64,000 bases of DNA from Octopus sinensis. Lineage: Eukaryota. Location: positions 107,694,001-107,758,000 of the forward strand of contig NC_043003.1 of the NCBI RefSeq assembly GCF_006345805.1, given 5' to 3'. Below are positions 10,587-24,169 of this stretch, in pieces. Every line of letters starts with the position of its first letter. Within the stretch, counting starts at the first letter, position 1. Both the position numbers and the translations under genes were made by a program. The notes beneath the pieces were generated by a model. The model saw only the letters and a program-made list of their open reading frames with translations, ran no database searches and was not told where the DNA came from.

Positions 10587-10660
10587 ATCTATCTATCTAT
10601 CTATCTATATATCTATATACTATCTATCTATCTATCCATCCATCTATCTATCTATGCATG
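10179..10660. repeat. (TATC)n/(CATC)n compound array, 3' flank of copy B
   Basis: Directly visible. Confidence 0.95.
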
Positions 10661-11010
10661 CACGCATTTATGCATGTATGTGTATTTGCGTGTATGTGGG
10701 CGAGCATATATATATTTGTAATGGTGACAAATGAACATTTAAGTGAAAAAGACAAAATGAAAACAACACACACACACACATACTCACACACGCAAACACA
10801 CACAAACAAAGGCACATACACAAGGACACACACATAGGTTTATATATATATAGGAAGAGTGAGTCAATGAAAGAGAGAGAGAGATATAGCGAGAGAGAGA
10901 GAGAGAGAGAGAGAAAGAAGGAGAAAATGAATTAGATTAAAGAAATTCTCTATAGAGATTATTACTTAGGTAGACAAACGAGAATAAGAGAGGAGGAGGG
11001 CTTAGCTTAC

Positions 11011-11146
11011 CTGAATCAGTCTTCGTACATTCATCATCTGAATTGGCTGCACTCAGCAGAGCAATACTGAGAAATACTAACACTTTGACCAGTAGTCTTG
11101 GAGAAGTCGATCCGTAACTGACTGAAACACAATTATATACGATCAT
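11011..11146 (-). CDS. Candidate host-gene exon encoding a signal-peptide-like segment (…[29 protein letters not shown])
   Basis: Non-repetitive island between microsatellites, with an open hydrophobic stretch ending at a strong donor CAG|GTAAGC (exon end 11011). There is either an ATG at 11146 or a TTTCAG acceptor giving a 111-nt phase 1-1 exon (11121-11011). The gene could not be identified. Confidence 0.4.
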
Positions 11147-11189
<43 letters not shown>

Positions 11190-11242
11190 GCACAGAATAT
11201 ATATATATATATATATTATATATATAATATATATATATATAG

Positions 11243-11335
<93 letters not shown>

Positions 11336-11671
11336 TATATATATATATATTATATATATATATATTATTTATATAATATATATATATATATTATATATAT
11401 ATATTATATGTATATGTATATATTATATATATATGTATATATTATTTATATGTATATATATGCATATAATATATATATTATATATGTATATATTATATAT
11501 GTATATATGTATATGTATATTACACACACACACACACCACACACACACATACACACACGCGAACGCATACATGTACTTGCGTGTGTACTATTACAGAAAT
11601 TATTCAAATATAAAACGATAATGAATATCCGCTTGCATATGCATGCGTACTTACCTTCATATGTGTGTGTG

Positions 11672-11746
<75 letters not shown>

Positions 11747-11805
11747 ATATTATATATATATACATATATATATAATATATATACATATATATACATACAT
11801 ACATA
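11147..11805. repeat. (TA)n-dominated degenerate microsatellite
   Basis: Directly visible. Confidence 0.95.
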
Positions 11806-12356
11806 GTGGCTGCCCCCTCGTTATCGAGTATGGCCATTGCACGAAGCTTAATCAATGTTGTTATCGTGCAATGCCTGTGCAAGAAGATTTTTTTTAAAGC
11901 GAGGAAAGGCTGTGCACTGAGTCAATCCCACTCACTAAGCAACAGCAGCCATAATCCGAAAAGAAGAACAAGTCAACATCATCGGTAACCACTGAGCCGC
12001 AGGTTTTATGTCGGAGTTATCCCAGTTATCTGAGTTACCTTCTCCTAGAAGGATGCCCTAACAAAGGTTAGGAGTCATTCACTCCCAATGGTTTAACCGC
12101 GCGATCGGGTATTCAGTCCGATTATTTCTATGTCCCCGCGCATGATACACCCTTAAAACATTTATTGGATGGCCGTTGATTCTCAAGAGTTCCTCCGCCC
12201 TTTGACGGGTTTTGCTTTTCATCCCACAGGGTATCCAATAAACACCCTCCTCACCAAGCAAGCTTGGTGGGGTTGCCGGTTTAGTCGCCGACGACCCACT
12301 ATGCAACAGGTTGTACTGGGTTACATGTTACCAGTAGCACTCGAAAGTGACCTGAC
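11806..12356 (-). mobile_element. Short non-autonomous RTE-like derivative (5'UTR-type sequence)
   Basis: GC-richer island between microsatellites with GAGTTACCTTCTCCTAG and CCCGTCAAAGGGCGGAGGAA blocks recalled from RTE 5' regions. No long ORF. The family assignment is from recall only. Confidence 0.45.
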
Positions 12357-12398
12357 ATACACATACACATACACATACATACAACATACATACATACA

Positions 12399-12498
<100 letters not shown>

Positions 12499-12542
12499 AT
12501 AGATATATATACGGGTGTGTGTGTGATTGTGTATAGAAGAAT

Positions 12543-12966
12543 ATATTAATAAAAGGAGTTCCAACCTTGTCTGATTTTCACGTTTTATTTACAATCTTAT
12601 AATGATATAATATAAGATAATATAATATAATAAAATAAAATAAAAGAATGTTAAATGTTCATTCTGATTGAACTAGTACTTTCATGCATTGAATTCTGCA
12701 ATCTTCAGGTTCATGTAGTAGTGGTGACAGTCATGCTTCACAATTTTTGACAGTTAAAAATTGTGAAGCATGACTGTCACCACTACTACATGAACCTGAA
12801 GATTGCAGAATTTAATGCATGAAAGTACTAGTTCAATCAGAATGAACATTTAACATTCTATTATTTTATTTTATTTTATTATATTATATTATCTTATATT
12901 ATATCATTATAAGATTGTAAATAAAATGTGAAAATCAGACAAGGTTGGAATTCCTTTTATTAATAT
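12543..12966. repeat. Near-perfect 424-bp palindrome (arms ~205-210 bp, 7-nt loop at 12749-12755), probably a fold-back MITE
   Basis: The arms read as reverse complements with about three substitutions and one small indel. Confidence 0.9.
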
Positions 12967-13399
12967 GTATATATGTATATATGTATATATATACATGTAT
13001 ATATATATATATATATGTATATTTGTGTGTGTGTGTATTATTGGACGGTATATATATCACCGATCGCACAAGCTCGTAGTTCCAGCCATTGAGGAGAAAT
13101 AACTGAGATTATACGAAAGAGTACAGGAGAAGCGCCACTTCTTCGCTGCGTGAAGCAAGTTCACTTGCAGTAGATGTCATCACAGCTCTAGATCAAGAGC
13201 GGGCCCCTGTAGGTCACATGCGAGCCTGCCAGAGAAGATTATTGTACAAAACAGTCGACGTTGACCTGTGACAGACAGACGCCGACACACACACATACAC
13301 ACTCACCCCCCCCCCACACACACATACACACACATATATGTATATGTATACACACTCACACACGCACACACGCACACACATACATATATATACGTAAAC

Positions 13400-13440
<41 letters not shown>

Positions 13441-13589
13441 GATACACCTATATATATGTGACGTATACGCACATGGGATAGTGTGTGCGTGCACGCGCAT
13501 GTTTGCGTGTAGATCTTGTTTGAATCTTGGCAGTGAACTGGATTTCTGCTTTGTTCCAAGGATAAATCTACTTGAATAAATATACATCT

Positions 13590-13860
13590 CATGACATAAT
13601 GTTACTCATTGCCTCTTGCGACGACAAGCGTTGTAGTTGATCCTATGAAATTAACGTGCAAGTGCCTGAATACTCCACAGACACGCGTACCTTTAATGTA
13701 GTTCTCAGGGAGATTCAGCGTGACACAGAGTGTGACAAGACTGGGCCTTTGAAATACAGGTACTACTCATTTTGGCAGCTGAGTGAACTGTAGCAACGGG
13801 AAATAAAGTGTCTTGCTCAAGGTCACAACGCGCCGATGGGAACCGAATATCCTAATTACT
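13590..13860 (-). mobile_element. SINE fragment
   Basis: Shares CAGCTGAGTGAACTG and AAATAAAGTGTCTTGC blocks with the SINE at 20490-20820. Confidence 0.55.
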
Positions 13861-14280
13861 AATCCACGCTTCTTCAAAGATATATGCAGCTACTCTATAT
13901 TTCGTTAGCAGTGCCACATCATAGAATGCTTCACCGTATACTGTACGTCGTAATTGAACGCATTCACTTCATGTAGATATCGGAGGTAGATACCAAGTTA
14001 TGTGAAGATGTAATCTTCCATAGACTAGAACACTGACTACTATTAGATTTATCAACTATCCAGTTCAGCAAGCACTGAGCTTTGGTATTCAGGACTCTTT
14101 GAAGATATTATAAACAAGCACACATACCTACATATACGCAAACATACATACACATAGAGTGGCAGTCGATCGTGAAAACACATCCAGAACCAACCAAAAT
14201 CTACAATAGAAGACAGTTATAAAAATATAAAAATGCCACCAATATCTTTCCCAACATTACTCAGCACCTGAGCACTTCAT

Positions 14281-14281
14281 A

Positions 14282-14378
<97 letters not shown>

Positions 14379-14389
14379 CTCTATCTATC
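14281..14389. repeat. (TATC)n, 5' flank of copy C
   Basis: Directly visible. Confidence 0.95.
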
Positions 14390-14607
14390 ACAATGGACGG
14401 ACGCTAGTCATATCGGCTCCAAGTAAGTTGGCCACTTTTACATGTTTAAAACTCCTTGTTGTCAAATATTTTGTTTTAATCGTTGTGCAAATTCATTCAC
14501 TAAAATACCTGAGAATTATTCACGTAGAATTCCGCCCCTGTATGGGCGAAATTACAAAAAAACTTTCAAAACTTTCGTGGGTTTTTTAGCCATTTTTCAT
14601 TTTGAAA

Positions 14608-16568
14608 ATGGCAACTAGAAACCACGTGGCTAGCCCGCCAGTCATGCAGAACGGTAGCAAAACACTATTGCTACCTACTGCTGCTAAACATCGCAGCGTG
14701 AACACCGCTGTCACCACCATCACCACCACCACCAACAACAACAACAAATCTAACGTCGCATTCACCATCGCCGCGACCAAAGACATTAACTTAGATTTCC
14801 CCTCACTCCCCACACCACTTGTTGATGATAAAGGGACAGAGAAAGGGATTTCAAAAATGAATACAAACGAAAACATGAATGCCAGCACCACCACCATCAC
14901 CACCACCAACAACAACAACGAAATTGGCACAAAGCCGCCTACCAAAGACAACACCGCCAACACCAACACCACTACTACGACGTCAAATGCTACATCCAAG
15001 CCTTCTGCTGCTAATACCGCCAACACCAACACCACTACCATGACTTCAATTAACACTGCCACAATTAACACTTCTACTGCCAAATTCAAAACGAATTTTG
15101 CGGACGTAACAAAACAAAAAAGAACAATTGTAACATTCACCACACAAGAGATAAACCGCACAAAGGCACTCTTCTCCAAAGAAGGAGACAAATTGCACCT
15201 TCATATTCCACAACACATCGTGGAAAACACGAAAAAAAAAACAATAATTTATAAAGTAATAAAAAAAAAAACAAGAAGAACAGAAAATGCACCGCAGGAA
15301 AAAATCGATAAATGCCTTCGTCCTGTATGGGACTCCAAGGAATATATCAGTTGGGGAAACAAATTTGGTACAGTCCAAGTACGTTTCCTCAACGAAAGTT
15401 TAGCAAAACGTTTTTCCACATTGGAGCTACATTCGGACGACTTGGTAATGATACCAGTCTATTTAACAAAAGGGTCACGAAAGTCCAAATAAAAAACATA
15501 CCATTTGATGTCGAAACACAATGGGTGGTCTCTGCCATCTGCTTTGAAATGTCAGAGACAATGTCAGAGACAAACATCCTGGAAATCGCGGTTCTAGGAG
15601 AGAAAGACTATGTGGGCAAATCAATCGAATTCCTGCTTCAATTGGATGAAGCAGCAAGAGAGAAGATACCCACCGCTATAGAACTGCCACGCTGCTATTT
15701 GTGTGGAAGCGAAACACACTTGAAAAAGACGTGCCCAACCACTGCACACCAAGAGCAACAACAACAACCACTACCACAACCAAAGCACTCCGGAAAAAAA
15801 GCTCTACTACCCACACCACCATCAACACAGAAGACGACAAGAGAAGCACACCAAGCTAATCCGTCATCAACCAAAAACCACTCGACACCTGGAAAAATAC
15901 CAACACTACCATCAACAGCAAAACCCAAAGGAACAGAAAAACAAAGAAAACACACACAAATGATCCCCCATCCCTTATACCGCACTCAACACACACAAAC
16001 ACTCAACAACCAACAACAACGAAAACAACAACACAACCACTTACACAGACATACATAGAAGCCCACAACATACCCCTACCCCCTTCTGATTCCTCAGAAA
16101 TTTCGTCGGAAGACGAACCAGTGAGGAATGGCAAAAGCTACAAAAAGAAGGAAAATAAAGAGCAGAAACACAACCAAACCAAATGCAAACACGAACAAAG
16201 CAGGGGGAAATACATCTCCCGAAGACATTTCAAAACCCAACGCAAAACAGCCACACCAACACCACAAAAACATATACAGCAAACATGCTCACAGCCATAG
16301 ACACCAAAAACACAAATTTGATGGAATACATCCAATCAAAAAACAAACATAACAGAAGATGACATAAAAACAAACACCACCCCATACACAACACCACCAG
16401 ACCACATCAAAATAATACACATCTCCAAAAGTCTGCACCACACACTCAAAGGCATTTTCCCCAGTGCGGTTGGTAAATGCCAAAAATATCTCACAAAGAA
16501 ACTGTACTGGGATCTTCTCGAGGACAAACCAACGGAGGAGAAAGCAAAAACTTTCGAGCAGTAAGTAA
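14608..16568 (+). pseudogene. ORF1 of copy C, frameshifted
   Basis: MATRNHVASPP start; core LAKRFSTL; knuckle CYLCGSETHLKKTC; C-terminal MLTAID...LMEYI domain. Confidence 0.85.
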
Positions 16569-16593
16569 CCCTCTGTACTAATTCATTAGAACT

Positions 16594-19500
16594 ATGATCA
16601 AGATTGGTTGTGTAAATGCGCGTGGCTTGGGGTCCCCTTGGAAACAAGGGTACCTATTAAATGACATAAAGTCACATAAGTTAGAAATCATAGCCATAAG
16701 CGAGACCAGACTCCACAATCCGCGGGCCCTAAAGACCATGTTTGGCGGACAGTTCAACATTTATTTTTCCCCCTGTCTGCCGAGAATGGGCGGTAGTGGC
16801 ACCGCGGTACTTTTTCACAAGAGTCTGGATCTCAATGTAAGGACAATATTCGTAGACCCGGAGGGTAGACTGGTCGTCCTGGATGTCGACGGCAGCAATG
16901 GGTGCGCTTTTCGGCTCGTATCAGTTTACGCACCGCCCTTAACAGGTCGGGCGGATTTCTTTCAACGTCTAGAAGTATTCTTGGGAACGTCTCGTCCTTT
17001 ACTCTTAGTGGGGGATGGAATGCTACCTTGGACACGCATGTAGACTACGTGGGTAGAGATAGGAATAGACGGGGATGCAAATGCCTCAGAGACCTGCTCA
17101 GACGCTTTCAACTGTCTGACAGGTTTCGACTAGACCACCCGAATGCGCCAACGTGGACATGGAGCAACCGCATCGGGTCGTCGAGATCGTATCTAGATAG
17201 GATACTGTGTAGGACAGTAGATAGAGATAGCATAGGATGTCCACAATTCCACATAGTCAGCTACACGGATCACAAACTTGTGACATGTACGCTAGACTTA
17301 GGTAAGACACTTAGGCAGGGTCCCGGATACTGGAAACTAAACGCGTCTTTCCCATCGAGACAAGTTTTCAGAGACCGGATTAGCACACTAGTAAAGAGGG
17401 CTTTGACGGGAGCCATCATCAACAACAAATGGTGGTTTGCCCTCAAGAGAGCAGTAAAAGCAGAAGCGATTAGGTACAGCAAAGCACTAGCCATAGATAG
17501 AAATAGAGTAGAGGTGAGCTAGTTAAGAAGCTAGAAGAGGCAATTAGAAGCGGCATCGCATCCGACGTTTTGGCGGCGAGGTTGGCCCTCGACCAACACT
17601 TCAACGCCAAACACGAAGGATGTGCTGTCAGAGCTAGGATGCGTGCTCTAAGGAACGAAGGTGTTGGAGCCGCGAGAGAGGCCGGGTGGCAGAGGCGCAA
17701 CAGGGCAACAAAGCCACCATTCGGTCACTGGTAGATGAACAGGGGCGCGAATTGCTCGAGCCAAGTAAAAGTGTGAGGCCTTTCAGCAGCATTTTGCCCG
17801 ACTGTTCGGAACGAGTGGAGGGCAAGAACGTAGGGTGGACTTCAGTGCCTACCTACATAGCCTACCACGACTCTCGACAAGAAAGGCAGGGTGTGCTGCG
17901 AAGGTGCCATCACGGCGGCGGAAGTGCGGGAAGCGATGGCAGAATGCTCGAGGGACAAATCACCGGGTTTGGATGGTCTACCCTACGAGCTTTACAATTG
18001 TATGCCAGACTTGTTTGGAGATCTCTTGGCGGCGGTGTACTGCAACTGGCAGCAAAACGGGAGCATTCCTAGTTTTGTGAGCCGAGGAGCCGTAACACTG
18101 CTGAAGAAAGATCTAAACAAGGAAATGTAATAGATAACTTTAGGCCCATCACTCTGCTTAATGCAGACTTGAAAATTTTGGCCAAGGTGCTAGCCAAGAG
18201 GTTGGCGCTTGTCATCGAGAAACTGGTCGACAAGGCGCAAACATGCGCCGTGCCAGGCCGGACCATCCATGACAACCTCCATCTGATGCGCTACATCATA
18301 GACAGGGTAGTTAACGAACCTGGCATGGGTGGGGCCCTGATCAACTTGGATCAATCAAAAGCCTTTGATAGGGTAGACCATCGATACTTGGAGGCAGTCC
18401 TGAGAGCGGCTGGTTTCGGTCCCGTCTTCCGCGGCTGGATAGCTGCCTTGTACAGAGGCATCCGTTCGGTAATTCGCGTAAATGGACATCTATCGAGACC
18501 TTTCGACATTGCACGTTCGGTCCGTCAGGGATGCCCCCTCTCGGCGCTTCTATACGTATTGACTCTTGAGCCACTACTGCGGAAGCTGGCGACTCTAAGG
18601 GGCATCCCGCGAGAATTGGGATGCGGGACGAGCGTGTCTGCATACGCGGACGACGTCACCGTCATAGTGTCTAGCCACGAGCACATCGAGCTGGTCGGCG
18701 AGACACTGAAAAACTACGAAGCGGTGACAGGAGCGAAAATCAACCGGGAAAAGTCAGTGGGCTTGCGACTAGGCACCTGGAGAAGCAAGCCCATGGCGTC
18801 CACCAGCGCCTCCGTCGTGGGACGCTGGACCGACGGCCCGGTTGAGTTGCTCGGGGTCTGGTTTGGTCCGGACCTCCAAGTGGAGAAGAACTGGAACGAG
18901 ATAACGAGTAGGGTGGTCACTCTCGCCCGGCAATGGGCCGAGAGGAAACTGTCCCTAAAAGGTCGAGCGGAGGTGGCGAACACGTACATCGCGTCCGTCA
19001 TCTACTACCGCCTGACCGTCGTACCTTGTCCCGACCCTACCATCACCAAACTACAACGCATCCTCTTTCGCTTCTTGTGGAAAGGATGCGTCCCGATGGT
19101 CAGGCGATCCATTTGCTGTCAACACCCGTTAAAAGGAGGGCTGGGCATGCCGTGGTTGATGATGCGCAGACACGCGCTGAGACTGCGACATCTCTGGCTC
19201 TATGTAGACGACGGTGAACAGGTGTGGTCGCCGTTTGTGAGGCACGCTTTCCCGCAGCTCGTCTCCATGACCGAACTGCAGTCGTGGATCAAAAAGAGGC
19301 CGAGGAAGGGCGAATGGCACCGCGAGTGTCGCGTTGCTCTCAAGCAACTCTGCCGTCCTGGGTCGACCTTAAGTGACTTCAACACAACCAAAGCATTCTA
19401 TAGGGGTTTAGTGAGGAGGGGGTACGACGACGAGCTCGGGGCGAACCTGGACGTCGACGAGGAGTACCTGACCCGCCTGTTCGGGACGACTTTCGGGCCA

Positions 19501-20028
19501 GGGCCCATGGACAACTTCCAGAGATCCCTGGCCTGGCAGTGCTACCGAGAAGCGCTACCCGTTCGGGATAAGCTCTACAGACACGGCTCGAGAAACACGG
19601 GGCCGACCTGCCCGAGATGCGGTCAGAGCGACGAAACCGTTCTGCACGCACTCGTTCAGTGTCCAACAATTTCCGACCTGTGGGCTTATGTCGAACAACT
19701 GCTGTCACGTGTGGGACGAGTCGGTTTATCAGCTGAGTCTATCGTCAATATTGTCACGCCTCCTTCCTTCAAACGGGAAGGAAGAGCTATTTTCATCATC
19801 CTTGTGGCTATGGCGAAAGAATGTATCTGGTGGACGCGTCTGAAAGGATTGGAGACAAACACTTTCCTCTCTGGTCAATCTCTCATCAACTTCTTCAAGT
19901 ACCACTTGAAAAGGAAAGTGAGAGTAGAGAGGCAAGTTTTGTCTAGCGAATGTTTTAAAAAAAGATGGGTGAATGTAGCAAGAATGGCACGTATGAATGA
20001 CGAAGCCACCTTGAGCATAGTCCTATGA
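16594..20028 (+). pseudogene. ORF2 of copy C (APE-RT-ZnF), several 1-nt frameshifts
   Basis: ORF pieces 16594-17043, 16902-17522, 17891-18130 and 18169-20028 carry APE, RT (YADD) and CPRC motifs. Confidence 0.93.
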
Positions 20029-20416
20029 CCCAGAATCGAAAACAGAGAGTTGCTTATTTGCAAAAAAAAAAAAAAAAAAAAGAAATATAAAATGTGACTT
20101 CATTGACCGAGGTTACCGTGGTCTTTTCCGCAGGCTTTTCTTTCCACGGGTAAACCTCACCTGTCCTCCCCTTTACACTTCATATGACATTTCTGTGATA
20201 ACGATCCCTATTGATCTTTTTTTCCTCCCCCCCCCTTTTTTTTTTTTTTTAACCCCCCTTATTTTTGTCCTCTTTCTCTCCTTTTACGATCCCTTTTGAT
20301 CGAACCCCCCCTTCCCTTTTTTTTTTTTTTTTTTTTTTTATAATACCTTCAAAAGAAAAGCTCTACTTGTAATTTGTTCTATCTGTGTGCAGCCCTGTGT
20401 GGCTAATAAAGAAACA

Positions 20417-20471
<55 letters not shown>

Positions 20472-20489
20472 ATAAAGAAAAAGTCTTGT

Positions 20490-20820
20490 CTTCCTTCGGT
20501 CATGAATGACCATGGGATTGCACCTAGAAAGTTACCCTCTGAGGCACAAGTCCAGGCAAGGTTGTTTATAGATCAGCAGTCACCCATGCATACCACCCTC
20601 CCCTCTCCGCACCACCGTTGTTTTTTAAGGGAAAGGCAAAAGCCAATACAGCTTGGCACCAGTGACGTCATAACTCATTTCTACAGCTGAGTGAACTGGA
20701 ATAACATGAAATAAAGTGTCTTGCGCAAGAACACAACACACAGCTCGGTCCGAGAATCGAATTCACAACCTCATGATTGTGATTCTGACACTCTAACCAC
20801 TAAGTCATATGCCTTCACTA
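20490..20820 (-). mobile_element. tRNA-derived SINE
   Basis: Minus-strand head with A box TGACTTAGTGG and B box GAATTCGATTC. Confidence 0.65.
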
Positions 20821-22099
20821 TACAGGCACTCACACACACACACACACGCACCCCCCACCACACACATACACACACTCAAACGCACATATATATATATATA
20901 TATATAATATATATAATTCACACACACACACGCACACACGTATGTGTCTGTGTGTGTTTATGCGTGTAGAATACACATGTACAATATATGCAACTTATTA
21001 CCAAAGTCTGAGATTAATTTTTCCATTTTCTGCAAGCTATCATTGTACAATAGACCTTCTGTCAGAAACCTATGGAAAAAAATCTCCACTGTCACGTGAA
21101 AAGGCATTGACGATTTCGCTAGAGACCACATTGAAATATATGATAATATGTATTAGTTATAATCAATAACTCTTTATCGCTGCTGTAACTCAGAACATTT
21201 AAAAGATATTTATAGCAGAAGTGTATTGAAATAATCCAACATAAACCAGCTAAACCTCGAAGAAAATATCAAAATGTAACGCAGGAGGCCATCATAAGAT
21301 TTATTCTGAATAATAAGCTCACCGAAAACTGATTATGTCTTATAAAAAAAAAACCTTCTCAAATGTACGGAGATTCTGTAGTCCAAACTCTAAGGGATCG
21401 ATTAATACCTTCAGTGCACGAATTTAAAATATTGAGTGAAGAACTTCGTTATCGCAAATAAATAAAAGATATTTCAATGAGCCAGTATTAACTACAAATT
21501 CACTTCTAAGTAACATGTTGTATACCAGAGGGGGGAAACGTTTAAAAGCACTTTCTCTGAAAGATTTAAATATAATTTCTTAGATTAGAAATTCAAAGGA
21601 TTTCAAGTATAATGTATCATGACTAAATATGAACAGAAAGTAACAATGTATCAATATTAACAGTATTTGTGCTATAAAAGTAGCATGAATATTCAAAACA
21701 ACTACGGAAGGCCAAGGGAGTCACTGGCATGCATATTTAACCCTTTGACTACGTAATTAAATTTCATGGCTATTCTTGTTATAAGGTTAATTATTCACAC
21801 ACAAAAAAAGAATTGATATCTTATGTTTCTGCAATATTATTTTCTTTTTAGTAGTGAATATGGAAACCGTACTTGCAGGTGCGGTTTTTATATCAATCAC
21901 TAAAAAGTATTTGAATCTTGGCTCTTTAAAGAGATATTCGATGAAATTTGTGAAAAAAATTAAGAAAATTTGAAAATTTATCTTTTGTAAAAAGTTCCAC
22001 CGGCGGATGAGGTGTCTCCGCCTTTTTTTCTTTCAAAGCTGTGAAGTAAAACTGCTTTCCGAAGTTTAGGGCAATAAAACTTTTAACAGATAGATATAT

Positions 22100-23400
22100 T
22101 CGCTTTCCACATTCAAATGGTTGAAACGATTATGGAAGTGCAAATAATGATGTTCTACGGAAGTCTCTAGCATGTATAATTAAAACAGGTATGGAAGGCT
22201 AAATTGACATGCCGAACTGGTTTAATGTAGCGCAAATAAATGCCGTTATCAAGAATAAAACCCTTACTTAGCAGATAAATGTATAGGTTTACTGCTTACT
22301 TAAACAGTATAAGTTTCACACAGGCTTTCTGAACAAAATCGCTCCAAGATCATTGTGAGTCCAAGAAGGAAATTACTGGTGAATAGGGAAGTAGAAAGAA
22401 AGAAGTGTTGACATGTGCTGAATAATTTTTGAATAAGCTGTGCTGCTTGAAGTAAACGAAAAGCATAGTAGAAACTTTCTGGTTATAGAAAAACCTTTGT
22501 CATCCCCTTATTTGTAATTGGAAGCTGAGTGATTGTCTCTGACGGTATAATCTTTCCAAAGGGTTATCTTTAGGAAATAGTCTATCTATAAATGTATTTG
22601 TCTTGGCACTGAATCCACTGTTATTTCTTTTGCAACAGTTCCGTGATCACATGATAGGGACAGCAGCTGTAAGAAACGTAAATATAATCCAGTTCTTTTG
22701 TGATTAAATCTTGAGATTTACTGTGAAAACATCAACAATGTTTTAGGAACATAGAATTTATAGCATTTTCAGCTGATATAGAGATGGCATTTGATCCGAA
22801 ATAATCTAGTCTTCTTAGGTGAACGCAAAGACACCGTTTCTCAAAATAAAACATCCATACCAAATCATTTCGCTATCTCTTCTGTTGCGTACAATGAATT
22901 CAACAAATGCATAGGCAGTGATGAAAATATAAATTATAAAGATGCTGTCCACTACAAAGATTATTAGATGAATCTCTAAAAATATATATGGCTGTCGGAT
23001 CTTTACTCTTAGGACAAGACAATATTTCACAATGAATTTGCACTGGAACAACATTTGGTACACTGGAATAAACTATAGAGGAAATCAACTTCATTAATAT
23101 TAAAATCGGAAAGATTGTGACATCAGATGGAAACTTCCACAGAAATAGGGATATGGACCGGCTCCTCCTTCTCAGAAGAAAAATCGAGAAAGAGTTTTAA
23201 GATTAGCCAAAGCATCCTTTGAGTGTCGTATTGTATTACATCACTTAAATGACATGTTCTAAACAACAACAACAGCAAAAACAAGTACATCAAGAATGTA
23301 CTCAAAAGTGAAGGGATCAATATTCAACCTGGGATGAACTCATCAAAAGAAATACTATCCTCGATGACGTACCTAGAACTGTCGTACAGACCTACGTCAA
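22100..23400 (+). pseudogene. Heavily decayed non-LTR RT remnant (possibly R4-like)
   Basis: Only scattered stop-interrupted resemblance to RT motifs in the expected order; no intact ORF. Confidence 0.3.
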
Positions 23401-24169
23401 CGAAGATTTGAAGGAGAAAGACTGCCTACAAACAGAAGGTTATACATCATCTATACATCATCTACCAGTCGCCATGTTAGATCGTTAACCACTGCACACA
23501 TTTTTTCTCCTTGTTTCTCTCCTTTTTTTTCTGTGTCCCTTTCTGTAGAAGAGCGTAGGCTCAAAACATAAAATACTTTTTCTATCCCTGAGCTTTATAC
23601 TAATACATCTGTTTGTTTTGTACACCACCTGTCTCCGTCTTTTGTTTTTTTTCGTAAACTCTCCCTATATACATCATCTATACATGGGGGGTATATTTAC
23701 CTCCGAAATTAGAGAGTGATGCCGATATCACTCCCTTAAATATATGACTGCTACATCACGTCACATGCCGACAAAGACACCCACATTGAACGAAACAGGT
23801 AGTGACGGACAGCGACACGCTTATATATAAAACATAAAATGCAGAGTCAGAAATTGACTTCAAACGTCATGAAGCTAAACACAAGGCTGTGTAGTCATGG
23901 TGTCATTTTGAAAGAACACACAAAAAGTACGTTGAGGAATTCATACGTTGCAATACAAAGACTATTTGATGAGCCTTTCAATCAAAAGTTCCACCAAATG
24001 CCTTGGATCCCAGTATACTCGATTGTGCAATACGGGAGCTAGGTAGACAGTGGTATGGTATATCCGGAGTAATAGATCTGTATGCTTCGTTTACTGTTTC
24101 GGTCTATTACCCATAGTATAGCTCCCGACCGGCTCTAATTGAGAAGACTTGGGGTTACACAACAACAAC

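Larger units (their letters stand above)
14390..20416 (+). mobile_element. Tx1/L1-clade LINE copy C, full length, with (TATC)n on both sides
   Basis: Same organisation as B; ends AGCCCTGTGTGGCTAATAAAGAAACA followed by (TATC)n up to about 20470. Confidence 0.95.

Noticed and set aside
23541-23572. Another hammerhead-like motif (GAAGAGC-GTAG-GCTC-AAAAC)
   Set aside because: Stem II is present but both the CTGANGA and GAAA cores are mutated; at most a dead remnant.
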